The notes under the pieces were generated by a model, which was given only the letters and a program-made list of their open reading frames with translations, made no database searches and was not told the origin of the DNA. The position numbers were made by a program, and so were the translations under genes. 64,000 nucleotides of DNA from assembly GCF_009914755.1 (NCBI RefSeq), contig NC_060932.1; one strand, 5' to 3'. Positions 16,206-28,910 of the stretch are shown here, in pieces (the stretch's first letter is position 1; each line of letters opens with the position of its first letter). The DNA comes from the human T2T-CHM13v2.0 reference genome, Homo sapiens.

Positions 16206-19200
16206 AATAGGGCTACTGGGGGTGGTAATAGAAAGAGAGGTGGTGGTTTCTCACTGGGTGTGTTGGGAGGAAGATCTTTGGGGAAGCAGGGATTGGGGGA
16301 TGGATGAAGAGTGATGGCTCTGTCCTCCTTCCTCCTTTGGGGATTCTCCGATGGTTCTGCACAAACATAGGTGCCATGCACAACGCCTCAAGCTTGGAAG
16401 TGGTAGAGCTGGGATCTCTACCTGGAGAGTCCTTCTCTAAAACCTGTGCCCATAAGCAAGGACGGCTGTGGCTGAGTCTGGAGGAGACAGATAAATCTGT
16501 GCGGATTCTGCAGAAACCAGCCACTGCTGACGGGATGGAGTGGAGGGTGGCTTGTGCCATGGCCAAGCTGGGCATGGATGTGGACTGTCAAGTCCAGTAC
16601 ACACATGTGTGCATGCCCCAGATGCCATCACACTGACATGGTCAGAAAGCGATGTTTCTGCCTCTTGTCCCCAAAGTCTCTGCCCAGAACTTGGCTTTTT
16701 GCAAATGTCCTGAGTCTTCCAGAGCCTCTTAGGTGAGCCTCTTCCAAGCACTCAGGGGGAAGCCTCACTGTCTTACTAGGAAGCTAAGCTTGGCCTGGCC
16801 AGGAGGCAAGGGGATGGGTCTAGGACAAGGACCCTCCAGCTCCCCAGGACCCTGATAGTGAGAAACACACATATGGGCTCACCGCCCTTTGCCTAGCCTT
16901 TCCTTGGAGATCATTTCTATCCTGACCCAGAGGTCAAAAAAGCTTATCCAGAGAAAGACTTTAGGGCAGGATGGGTGGCTCTGGAGGAGATGGATGTGGG
17001 ATGATACTATTATCATTTTGGCCCCAAAACCTTGGAAGACCCTGAGATTCTTGATAGATAACAAGATTCTAGCATCTTCTAAGGCTGCCTGTTTACCTGT
17101 CTCCCCACACATAAAAGCACAGAATCTTTGTGCTAGAAACAAGCATTTGAGAAAACGTGTAGTTCAACCCTTTTCTTTTACAGATGAGGAAGTTGAAGCC
17201 CAGAGAGATCAAGGGACTAGTCCAAGGTGACGGACTCAGTTAGTGAGAGGTTCACGATGAAAACTCAGTGCCCTACATTTCCAATATGGTGCATGTTTCT
17301 CTGGTCTCCTTAGATCTCTCTGGCCCTGAAAAATCAGGGCACCCCAGGAACCCTCAGAGGAAACCCCAGGTGCCCTCAGATATCCTCTGAGCCATTGTGT
17401 GCCCCTCAGACTCTAACTCAGCAGGGGGCAAGACTGGGCATCCCCAGGTGGGATCAGACTTGTGCTGGGGCTGGAACCTAGAGTGACCTCTGACCCCAGA
17501 ACATGGCCAGCTGGTGCCATGTAGACCATTCCTGCTCAAGGGACACACATTGGGAATATACTTCTTCCTAGAGCAAGGAATTCTCTCAGAGATGATCAAA
17601 AGCAGACCTCGACATGTTGCATAAAGTCGCACGGTCCCACTCCACCATGCAGCACTTGGCAGGATCTCCTGGGAGTGGAGGTGGGGGAGATGCTGCCCAT
17701 CAGGCCATCCAGCCCCTCTCCCCATTTAACACAGGGAAGCCGAAGCACAGAGAGGGAAGGAAGTTGCCCAAGTCACACAGCAAGGAGGGTAATTAGAAAA
17801 GCCTCCTATACTTCTTGCCACCCTGGGCCTGCAGTTGAGCAGGTCACACAGCACCTAGAAGACATGATCCAAATGCCATGCCTCTCCCAGAGGGTTCCCT
17901 GCTCCCCACCTAGACATCCATAACCACAGATACCAGCACCAAATTTGTGCCAAAAAAAAAAAAGCATCTTTGCTAAGACAGGGAAGCAGGAGAAAATTAT
18001 AAACCCTGCATATAAACACTGATTTTCCGTTAAACAAACCTGGAGCTCTGAGATACAATTAGGGATCTTTGTGTCTCTTCAGTGCTAACTTCCTTGCTAG
18101 TTTTCTTCTTTCTCAACTTCACTTGCAGGCTCCTTTTATATCAGAAGCCCTTCTAGAGGGCTGCGTTTGAGCTTCACATTGACCTATTTTTCCAGCGAGA
18201 ACTCAGACTGACTGCGTCCAAACAACTCAGAAGGACAATTCGGTTTTCTCTGCTCCCATTAAGCAGAAATGTCTGTGCCTTTCTTTTTGGCTGCAACCCG
18301 GCAAGCACTTACTTCTTTTTTTCCCTGGTGAGGATGAAAAGCATCCCACATGAAGCATCAGCTCCACTGCTCTGTCTCCCTGGCCAAGTATCCCTTCTAT
18401 GGGTAAAGCCTGCTTCTGTCCCCAGGTGGAGGGAGGGCCGAGGGGCCCGACTCTTAGCGGTTGGATCAGTTGGATCGGTTGATCAGTTGAATGGCCTCCT
18501 CTCTTTCCTCTCCCCAGTGAAAGACATCCACATCTGTCTTTGTGGGAGATTTCTTTTTTCTTATGTGAAAATACTTTCTTGTCTCTTTCCAGTCCTGTTC
18601 ATATGGGACATTAGCTGTCACCGTCTCTAAATCAAGGACACAAAAGGTGATTACTTCAAACTTTGGGATCTTGGTTAAAATAGGGTGAAGCTGCCACCCA
18701 GAAAGGGGTGGTGATTTTGTTGTGTGAGGTGAAGGTATTGGATCTGAGCTCAGCACCAGAGCCATGAATTTTCCATTCCATTTCCTTAGGAATGAGAAGT
18801 AAAATTTGTTCCCAAAACAACCAATCCACTACGTCAAACGACATTGCATAATGACTCACCTGGTCCAGAGTTCCTATGTCCTGGCCCCTTGCCAGTGCTC
18901 CACGCTGCCTGGTGGACCCCAAATTGAGCAGAGCCCCTCCTTCTCCATGGCTCACAGTGCTGATCTTGGGGTCAGGTGTCTCCAAGGAACACTCTGGGCT
19001 TTCAGCCCCAGCGGCACATACATCTGCCAGCACACGAGCTCCACTTCCGGGCGCTCATGGCATTGCAGTGCCTTGGCCTCGAGCAATTAAATCAAGGGAA
19101 AGAGGACCAACTCCCTCTTGACCCCGTTCTCTGGCTGGCTCGCATCTTCATCCACAGCTGAGATGGAGAGAGACGCAGCACAGACCTACCTGCCTCCTCC

Positions 19201-19744
19201 CGCTAGAACATGGGCTTGGTCTCTCCTACTTCCCCAGGGATAGCCTTTCTCTAGCTCTGTGTTTCTCCTCTCATTTTGAGGAGATGCCATTTGGAATCTG
19301 CTTGGCGTCTATAGCAAGTCCTGCTCTAGCTCCAAACGGCTTCTTGTTAAGCAATACATTAAACCATTACCCTGTTAAATGGAGTTTGCAAGAATTTTTA
19401 ACAGACTTGAACGCTCGCACTGCACCACTCTGGCTTGAACCTGCATGCCATTTTGAGGCCCTGCACTGAGGTCGCCCTACCGACCAATGGCGAGAGGGAG
19501 GGTTCTTAAAGCAGCAGAAAAAAAAAAGAAACAGGAGAAAGGCAAACTCAATGGGTTTCATGACAGTGAATGCAGATGAAGTAGCAACTCGGGACTTGGA
19601 AATGTTTGCACATGAAATGCTGGAACAGAGAGACATGAGCGCAGGCTTCCTCAGCCAGTGAAAGTGAGCGAGGTAGCTTCATGGGGGCGGCTCTGACAAC
19701 GGCAAGTTTAGAAGCCTGAGCATTTACTGCAGGTGGAACGTTGA

Positions 19745-20150
19745 TTCACTTATTCAATAACTTCCCTAATCACCTACTATGTGCCTAGCACGGTTCCAGG
19801 AGCTGGGGACAGATACAGCAATGAAAAAACAGAAAACCCTGCCCTTGTGGAGCTTCTGCTTTGTGTAGAGAGATGGGCAATAAACAAAGCAAATATTTTC
19901 TCTATTAGAAAATGGAGTGCACAGAGAGCAAGAAAGCTGGGAAGAGAGAAGGGAAGGGAGGCAGAGCCATGTGCAGCGAATAGCTATTATGCAGCTCTCT
20001 ATTGGTCTTCAACAGGGAGACCACGAAGGCGCCACTGAGGTGAGGGTGGGGCCGAGATGTGCAGGAGGGGAGGCGGCCAGGCTGACAGACACCTGGAGGA
20101 CAGTGTCCTGAGAAAGAGGAGTGGCCCAGACAAAGGCCTTGAGCAAAGGG
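19745..20150 (-). mobile_element. L2 LINE 3' fragment
   Basis: ttcacttattcaat...cacctactatgtgcctagcacggttccaggagctgggga...ccctgcccttgtggagctt is the reverse of the L2 3' end. Confidence 0.65.
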
Positions 20151-21859
20151 AGGGCTCCCAGTGTCTGAGGGCAGCCAGGGAGGAGAGAGGAGGGGGACCT
20201 CTGTACTGGACGCCAGGGGCTACCCAGGAGGCCAGCAGGGAGCCCTCTGCTTCCACAGCCTGGCCTGCCCCAGGGTCTTACCAGGGAGCTGTTCTTCTGT
20301 GAGATTTCCCCCACTTTCCCACATGGGGAATTGGGTTAAGGAGCCGCCCTCACAAGTCAGCTGAGCTAGGATGCTGCAAGGGAGACTGCTCAGATCTCTC
20401 CAATCTCATCTTCTCTGGGTCCCAGAAACATGCAAGGAGACAGAAGAGCCTCCTGAAGCCCATTTCAGCTGTAGCCTAAGGAGGAGGAGCATTGGGGGAG
20501 TCACAGTAAGTTGTAGGCAGCAGGGGTCCTTAATTATTAGACATCACGTCAGAGGCCATCAAGAACCTGAGACCTCGTGGGAGCTTCCAGCTGCAGGAAA
20601 GACTACAGCTAAATGATCTCCAAAAGATCTTTCCCATTCTTTACGAATCTCAGCAAGGAAAGCCCAGGAGTTTCACGAATACTATCTTCTTGTTTATGTC
20701 CCTCTCACTACTGGGGATGCACTACTCATCCCCAGTATATACTGTATATACTCAGGAAGAGGCTCCGAAAGGGACACCAGAGTGACTCCCAGTGAGCTGT
20801 CCCACCCCCTGCCTTGCTAAGACCGGGAAGCATGGTTGCGGCGGTTACAGTGATTACGGCAGTGGCTGGGTGGGGGGCACTCTCTGAGCCTCACCTTTTT
20901 CATCTGGGAAGCTTACTCCCATAGACCCATTCAATCCTGAACCAGTCTGAGGTGTTAGGTTGGTCAGAACGCCAAGAGGAGTTCCAGGGGTCTGGAATTT
21001 GCCCAAGGGCCATCCCGAGGCAAGATTTGGGCCCGGACCTGACCAAAGGAGAGTCCTGACTGCATTCCCAGCCTCTTGCACCCCAGGCTGCCAAGCCCTG
21101 CTGCTGGCTTCTGAAACCTGTTATCTGCAACATAATCATGGGGCCCCCGTCGCAGGTCCTCCTGCCTCGTGCTGCTGCTGGGACCCCATCCTTTTCCACA
21201 CCCGTCACCCTCACTAGCAGTCACCAAGGACTTTGGGTCCTTCTCTGCTTATCGGGAACCTCTGCAGCCTTCCTGTCACCTGGGAGAAAAGGTGCCTCCC
21301 TTGAACACCACGTGAAGCCCCTAGTGGGGGCCCAAGGGGCCTGGCTTTGCACACCTGGTCCGCATCTGCATCGACGGCTGAGTGCACCGGGGCAGGTCCC
21401 TCCCCATCCCTGAGCTGCAGTGATCGTGTTTGTAAACACTGGTGATCTCTTCTATCGCAGAGGGGTGTTAGGAGGCAGAAGTGATGACATCTGCTCTTGG
21501 CAGAAAGGAAGCACCCAACAGCGATGGCTGGGGGGTGCACACGGCCTCCATCCTTATCAAGGCTTTGGCTGAGTGAAGTGCTTTCACCTGGCAGGCTGTG
21601 TCTCCCAGGGCACTCACGGCTGAGTACCTGGCTAAGGGGCAAGGCAACGGTTAACCTCTGTGAGCCTCATTTTCACCTTATAAATTGAAATAACCCTACC
21701 TGCCTAATCTCCTCACAGAGGATGCTGGGGACCCTGGCCAGACTCTGGGGGTACAGAGACGAAAAAGGCAGACGGATCTCTGTCCTGGGGCTTACATTTT
21801 AGTGGAGGCAGGCAATGAACAAGTATATGAACAATGTAATTTCAAATATATATTGAGTA

Positions 21860-22549
21860 TAAATATAGAGACTATATACACACACACACACATATACATA
21901 CACAGAAAAGATGACATACATACACACCCTCTATATATATACTCTCTCTCTATATATAGATATACTCACCTTCTCTATATAGATATATACTATATATATA
22001 TATACAAGCACACACACCCTTTCTCTCCTCTCTCTCTGTATATATATATATATGTATGTGTATATACACTCATCTTCTCTCTACAGATGTACTCGCCCTC
22101 TATAGATATATACACTCTCTACATATAGATATACTCGCCCTCTCTTTATATATAAACACACACACCCTCTTTCTATCTATACACACATCCTATCTCTTTC
22201 TCTCTCTCTATATATATATGTATATATACTCGCCTCTCTCTATATATATATGCACACATACACACCCTCTTTATATATACTCACCGTCTCTCTCTCTATA
22301 TATATGTGCATATACACTCATTCTCTCTATGTGTGTATATATATATATATATATATACACTCACCCTCTCTATATATATAGACACACACACCCTCTTTCT
22401 CTCTTTACATATATATACTCACACACCCTCTTTCTCTCTCTCTACATATATATATGCACACACACATATATATACATACACACACACCCTCTCTCTTTCT
22501 CTATATATACTCACTCTCTCTATGTATATACACACACATACACACCCTG

Positions 22550-22587
<38 letters not shown>

Positions 22588-23668
22588 CACTCACCTATCG
22601 TCTCTCATATATATATGCTCACTCTCTTTATATATATATATGTATACTCACCTTCTCTCTATATATAATCACCCTCTCTCTCTCTCTCTCCATATATATA
22701 TATATATATATATATATACACCCTCTCTTTATATATGTATATACACACCATCTCTCTCTGTATATATATACACACACACCCTCTCTCTCTCCCTCTCTCT
22801 CTCTGTATATATACACACACACACCATCCCACTCTATATATACACATACCCTCTATATATATACATATACTCTCTCTATATATACACCTCTCTCTAGCGC
22901 TCTCTCTCTATATATATACACACACACAGATATATATACTTACCCTCTCTATGTATACACGTCCTTTCTCTGCATAAATATGTGTGTATATATACTCACC
23001 CTCTCTTGCTCTCTCTCTCTATATATATATATATTCTCTCTCTTTCTCCATATATATGTGTAAACTCAACCTCTCTCTCTACATATATGTATACAATCTC
23101 ACCCTCCCTCTCTATATATACCTATTCTCTCTATATATATACACACCTTCTATATATACAAACACGTATACACACACCCTCCCTTTCTATATATACACAT
23201 ACTCACCCTCTGTATATATACATACATTGTCTCTATATATACACACCTCTCTTTTTATTTATATATATATACACACTTGCCCTCTCTATATACACACACC
23301 CCTCACTCTCTCTCTCTCTACATGTGTATATATATACTCACCCTCTCTTTTTCTCTTTATAGATATATATATATTCTATATATATATACTCACCCCCTCT
23401 CTGTCTACATATATATGTGCAATCTCACCCTCTCTCTTCCTCTCTCTCTCTATATATATATAGATATTCTCTCTCTCTATATATATTCACCCCCTCTCTT
23501 TCTACATATATATATACAATCTCACCCTCTCTCTCTATATATATATATACACATACATATTCTCTCTATATATATGTATACTTACCCTCTATATATACAT
23601 ATTTTTATACAATCTCATTCTCTGTATTTATATACATATTCTCCCTCTCTGTCTATATATATATATAT

Positions 23669-23701
<33 letters not shown>

Positions 23702-23778
23702 CTCACCCTCTCTCTCTACACATATATATACAATCTCACCCTCTCTCTATATATATACATATTCTGTCTCTCTCTCTC

Positions 23779-23831
<53 letters not shown>

Positions 23832-23856
23832 CCTCTCTCTATATGTATATATACTC
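21860..23856. repeat. ~2-kb composite (TA)n/(CA)n/(CT)n degenerate tandem repeat
   Basis: A recurring unit of the form TATA..(CA)n..CTCACCCTCTCT with variable tract lengths; very G-poor + strand; pure (CA)n run at ~23786-23824. Confidence 0.95.
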
Positions 23857-24770
23857 AAAATCCATGTTTTTACCCACGGCTCACAAACAGTAAACTGAGG
23901 CTTGGAGAGAGTCAGTGCATTTGCCCAGGTCCACATGGCTGGACCCAAGCCAGCTGTTTGTACGGAACCTGTGTCCTTTCCAGAGCATCTCACTGCCTCT
24001 GTCAAAACACAGCCACTTCTGGGAGCAACAGGGCATTGTGCCTGGTGGGCTGTTGCTCCTCAATGAGAATGGATTTCCTGGCACTCTCCAGGGAAAGCAG
24101 ACGGCCATCTCCACAGTTTGCTCCAGGCCAGCCAGGATCCAGGCACCCTTGAGCCTTGTGCCATGCCAGCTGGGTGGCTGACATTTGTTCTAGAATCTCT
24201 AAAGTTTGCCTTTATGCAGCTGGCTGTGAAGCTGGTATTTTGAGATCCCTGACAGAATCTTAAAAAGAACAGACAAGTGAAGCAGGGGGCTGGATTTAGC
24301 GTTCCTCCTCCTGGGCCCTTTAAACCCTGGTGTTTGACCTTGGAACTCCTTGAGGGGAGGTCTGGTACTTCCCTGTTGTCCACCATATTCCCAGAGTGGC
24401 CGCCAGCCCCCAGCCAGCTGCTCAGAAGAGCCCAGGGTCCAGGAGAGCCACAGTGGTGTTTCTCACATGTCGTCTTTCCTGCAGCTGTAGAAGAAATGCA
24501 TTTGGGACCAGTGCTGAAGATTGCGGTGGTGGCTCTTTCTTTAGGAACTATAGGTTCTTTAGGAACCAGTCATCCACTCTTTATCAGAGCTGGAGAGATG
24601 CAGTCCTCATGGCCTTCTGAAGGTCCCTGCATCTGTACCTCCAGGCCCGTTAGGATACCCACCACTTCTCAGGGGGAATTCTTTGGAAGATCTAAATCTT
24701 CAGTTATTAGGCACAGCCAAGTTCACTGTCTATTTTTTAATTGATTTAGAACATTGAGGAAATACCCTAT

Positions 24771-24982
24771 CACAGTTTCAACCTCAGTGCGATTATATTT
24801 GGGGCCAAGTCATTCTTTGTTGTGAGGGGCTTTCCAGAGCATTGCAGTATTTAGCAGTATCCCTGGCCTCTACCTGCCAGATGCCAGCAGCACCTGCACC
24901 CCGAGTTGTGACAATCAAAAATGTCTCCAGATGTCGACAAATGTCCCCTAGAGGCCAAAATCACCCTGGTTAAGAATCATTG
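24771..24982 (-). mobile_element. MER20 (hAT-Charlie DNA transposon), near full length
   Basis: tttagcagtatccctggcctctacc...agatgccagcagca...gttgtgacaatcaaaaatgtctccaga...aaatgtccccta...aaaatcaccctggttaagaatcattg is the reverse complement of the MER20 consensus. Confidence 0.88.
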
Positions 24983-25084
24983 CATTGCTGTTAGTTAAAT
25001 GGGTGATTCTGGGTGTTGTAAACTGAAAAAGGTCCCCCCAGCCCCCCGAGATGTGAAAGCCTCAGAATAAAAAGACTTGCTTAA

Positions 25085-25262
25085 TACTGTAAGCTTAGGC
25101 AAATTCTTTTACCTCCCTGAGCCTCAATTCCTTCCTCTGAAAAATAGGGACACTGACAGGCATTCTCATGGGATTATTGTCCCATTAAATTCAATGAAAT
25201 AACATATGCACAGAGTCTGGCATACATAATGTCTGACGCACTGAAACATTCAGTAAATGTGA
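25085..25262 (+). mobile_element. MIR fragment
   Basis: ggcaaattcttttacctccctgagcctcaattccttcctctgaaaaataggga...gtctggcataca...cagtaaatg. Confidence 0.65.
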
Positions 25263-25648
25263 ATTCCTTTTCTTCCCTGTGTTTAACCCCAAGGTTTTCT
25301 TCCTAAATGACAAAGGCATAAATGCTCCCAAGGAACTCCCTTTCCCGTGTTTGGAGAGCATTGTGGGAGATCATGGCGGCTAGCAATGGGGATTATGATC
25401 CCTTCCCTTGTTTGCCTACTTAAGAATCCAAGAATAGCTGTGGACTCATTCATGAGAAAAATACCCACACAGTTTTGCATGTAATTCCAGAAGTACCAAA
25501 CCAAATCCCTGCTCTGCCCTTAGGGAGCTAGCATTCACCATGGAACATAGTAGAAATAAAAAACCAAAAGCAGGAGAAAAGTTGATCAAGATGGTGCAAA
25601 ATGCTATGGTGGAAAAAAAGCAAGAAGGCATGAGGCAGTCTTGAGGGG

Positions 25649-26340
<692 letters not shown>

Positions 26341-26714
26341 GGGAGTTGCAGTTTTAAGTGTGGTGGTCGGGGAGGGCCTGGCTGAGAAGCTGATCGTTGC
26401 ATAAAGGTCTTGGTGAGAAGGTGACATTTGTGTAACAACATAGCGATACTGGAGGAAGAGCATTCCAGGCAGAGGAAGTAGCAAGTGCGGCTGGAGCATG
26501 TCTGAGGGGCCAGCAGGAGAGGACCCCAGGGAGGGCAAAGGGGACTTGACAGATTAGATTTAAGAACAGCTCACCCATTGGAGGCAGAGATTCCTGGGAG
26601 GGGGAAGCAGGCTGGTTCCACGGGTGACTCCATATATATATATATATATATGTTTATGGCAGGGCAGCCCTGCCGGCCCTTCTAAGGACTGTAGCTTTTA
26701 CCTGGGGTGACTTA

Positions 26715-27015
26715 GCACATCAGTGAGGACAGGCTGGCCGTGCTGCAGTTTACAATACCTACACAGTTCCAGTGGCCTTGAGCATTTTCGATTTCCTTCA
26801 TGCTCGTTGCATGTGAGTCAAGGGTCCCTGTGGAGCAGCCTCTTCCTGGAGCATGGGTGAGCACAGTCTTCTGCCCGGCAGGGCCACACATCCCTTCTGC
26901 TCACTTGCCTGGCCAGAGCAAGTCTCAGCCACACCTCAATCCAGCAGCGTGGGCGTGTACATCCTCCCACGCAAAAGGCGTTGAAAATCAGTGACTCTTG
27001 ATGGTCCACCAGGCA
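26715..27015. mobile_element. Old MLT1-type LTR fragment between L2 pieces
   Basis: cagtgaggacaggctggccgtgctgcagt...cagtggcctt...ggccagagcaagtc...gccacacctcaa resembles old MLT1 LTRs; the flanks (26340-26540, 27030-27170) look like L2. Confidence 0.45.
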
Positions 27016-27950
27016 CTGGAAGCCACGCGGAGGGAAACATTGTAGCTTAATCATGTTGGCTGCTGTAGTGTGGATAGAGTGTTGGGAGGAGGGCAGATGC
27101 AGAGAGACCAGTTAGGAGGCCATTCCGGCAATTCAGGCAAGAGAGATGGAACAGAAGTGTCATCAGCTTTGCAGTGGCTTGAACACTCAGGCAGGGCCTC
27201 CGCGGGGTGGGTCCTCGGCTGTGTAGACCCACAAATTTGACTTTGTCAATGCTCACAGAGGTGATCAGAGGGCTGACATATGTTAACCAAATTAATAAGA
27301 AACTGATGTATAAGCCTCAATGATAATTCTTTAATTTGTGGTTGAGGATGGAGAGAGATCTTTCCCAGTGGTTCAGAAAATAATCTGAGTTTTGGATTCA
27401 GACAAGCCTATATTCAAATTCTAGTTCTACAACTTTTTAACTGCTTCATGTGGAAAAGTTACTTAATTAGCCTGTAAGCCTCAGTGTCTTCATCTTGAAA
27501 TCAGTCTGCTGCTGCTGATAGCATGGTAAGGAAGAATAATTGAGTTAACATAACAATTGAGTTATGTGCAGTGCCTAGCATAGAGTCTGGGTCAAGGTGG
27601 CTGTTCAGTAGAGGGAAGATATCACTGTTATTGAACTTACTAGAAACTAGCAGATGACATGATATGCATGAAGTCAGAGGCAAAAAAAAGAGATCTTTCA
27701 TAGAAACCATGGTAAGACCTGATATTCTTTCTCCCTTGGCCCACTCACTTACGTTAAAGAGCTTTTTGTCCAGCCAGAGGATGGTGTGATCGCTCAGATT
27801 TTGGCTTTCCTGAGATATCCAAATCCTCCTTTCTTATGTTTACACCAGATCACTTCGATCAGTCTTGGGTTTTTCCTGATCTCCTCGGCCACATATTTGT
27901 CAGTCCTGAGGGCTAGGGCCACAAATGTGATTGCCGTCTCTTCTCTTTGA

Positions 27951-28278
<328 letters not shown>

Positions 28279-28452
28279 TCTTTGACCCTTCTTAAGGGTC
28301 CATCTGGAGATGTCAGAGATGCATTAAAGTGACTCCTTGTGGAAACCTCACATCTGGATCACACCCTCTTCAAGTACAGAAATGTAATGAAAATGAGTAT
28401 GTCAGTGCTTATGAAAGACTGTGCACAAAGCAACCTGTTAGACCTGAAATTA

Positions 28453-28497
28453 TTTGCCATTACAATGGCAAAACCGCAATTACTTTTCACCAGCATA
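28453..28497. mobile_element. MADE1 (mariner MITE), truncated
   Basis: tttgccattacaatggcaaaaccgcaattacttttcaccagcata matches the centre and one arm of MADE1. Confidence 0.75.
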
Positions 28498-28733
28498 TTA
28501 TTTCCTGTGTACATATTTTCAGCAAAAGTTTTAAAAGAAGATTGCTTTTTTTGTTGCTTTCTCATTAGCACTAAGGTATTTAATTCTGACTGATAACCAG
28601 GTAGTGCCCTGCATGTGAAGACCACATCTAGGAGTACAGCACTGAATGTAGAGTAGGCACTGAATTTGGAGACAGGCCCTTCTAATTTGCATAGACACCC
28701 ACCAAGCTTTTCAAGAAGGATGGCTGATCCTGA

Positions 28734-28910
28734 CCGGTGGTGTGCTGGTAAATGTTTAACAACCAACATTTAGCAGGATTTGGTGGAGCTCTGGTTTGTA
28801 CCACTTGCCAATTGCTGTGGTGTAAATACTCCCACCATGCCAATTTCAAGCCCGCAACATGACATCAGGCAGCCTACAGTTTAACAATTGGCCAGCTCCA
28901 GCACATGCAG
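28734..28910. mobile_element. MER63-like hAT DNA transposon
   Basis: Begins ccggtggtgtgctggtaaatgtttaacaacc, ends ...gccagctccagcaca (degenerate TIRs), with internal ggtgtaaatactcccaccatg. Confidence 0.65.

Noticed and set aside
21860-23856. Repeat-spacer appearance suggesting a CRISPR-like array
   Set aside because: Units vary in length, there are no unique spacers or cas genes, and the context is a primate intron.
21802-24152. Long ORFs up to 335 aa (e.g. 22056..23063, 23277..24152)
   Set aside because: Y/I/S/L/H/T-rich translations of TA/CA/CT repeats; stop codons are scarce because of base composition.
28453-28497. miR-548-type hairpin from MADE1
   Set aside because: One arm is mostly missing; only a 9-bp stem remains, too short for a pre-miRNA.
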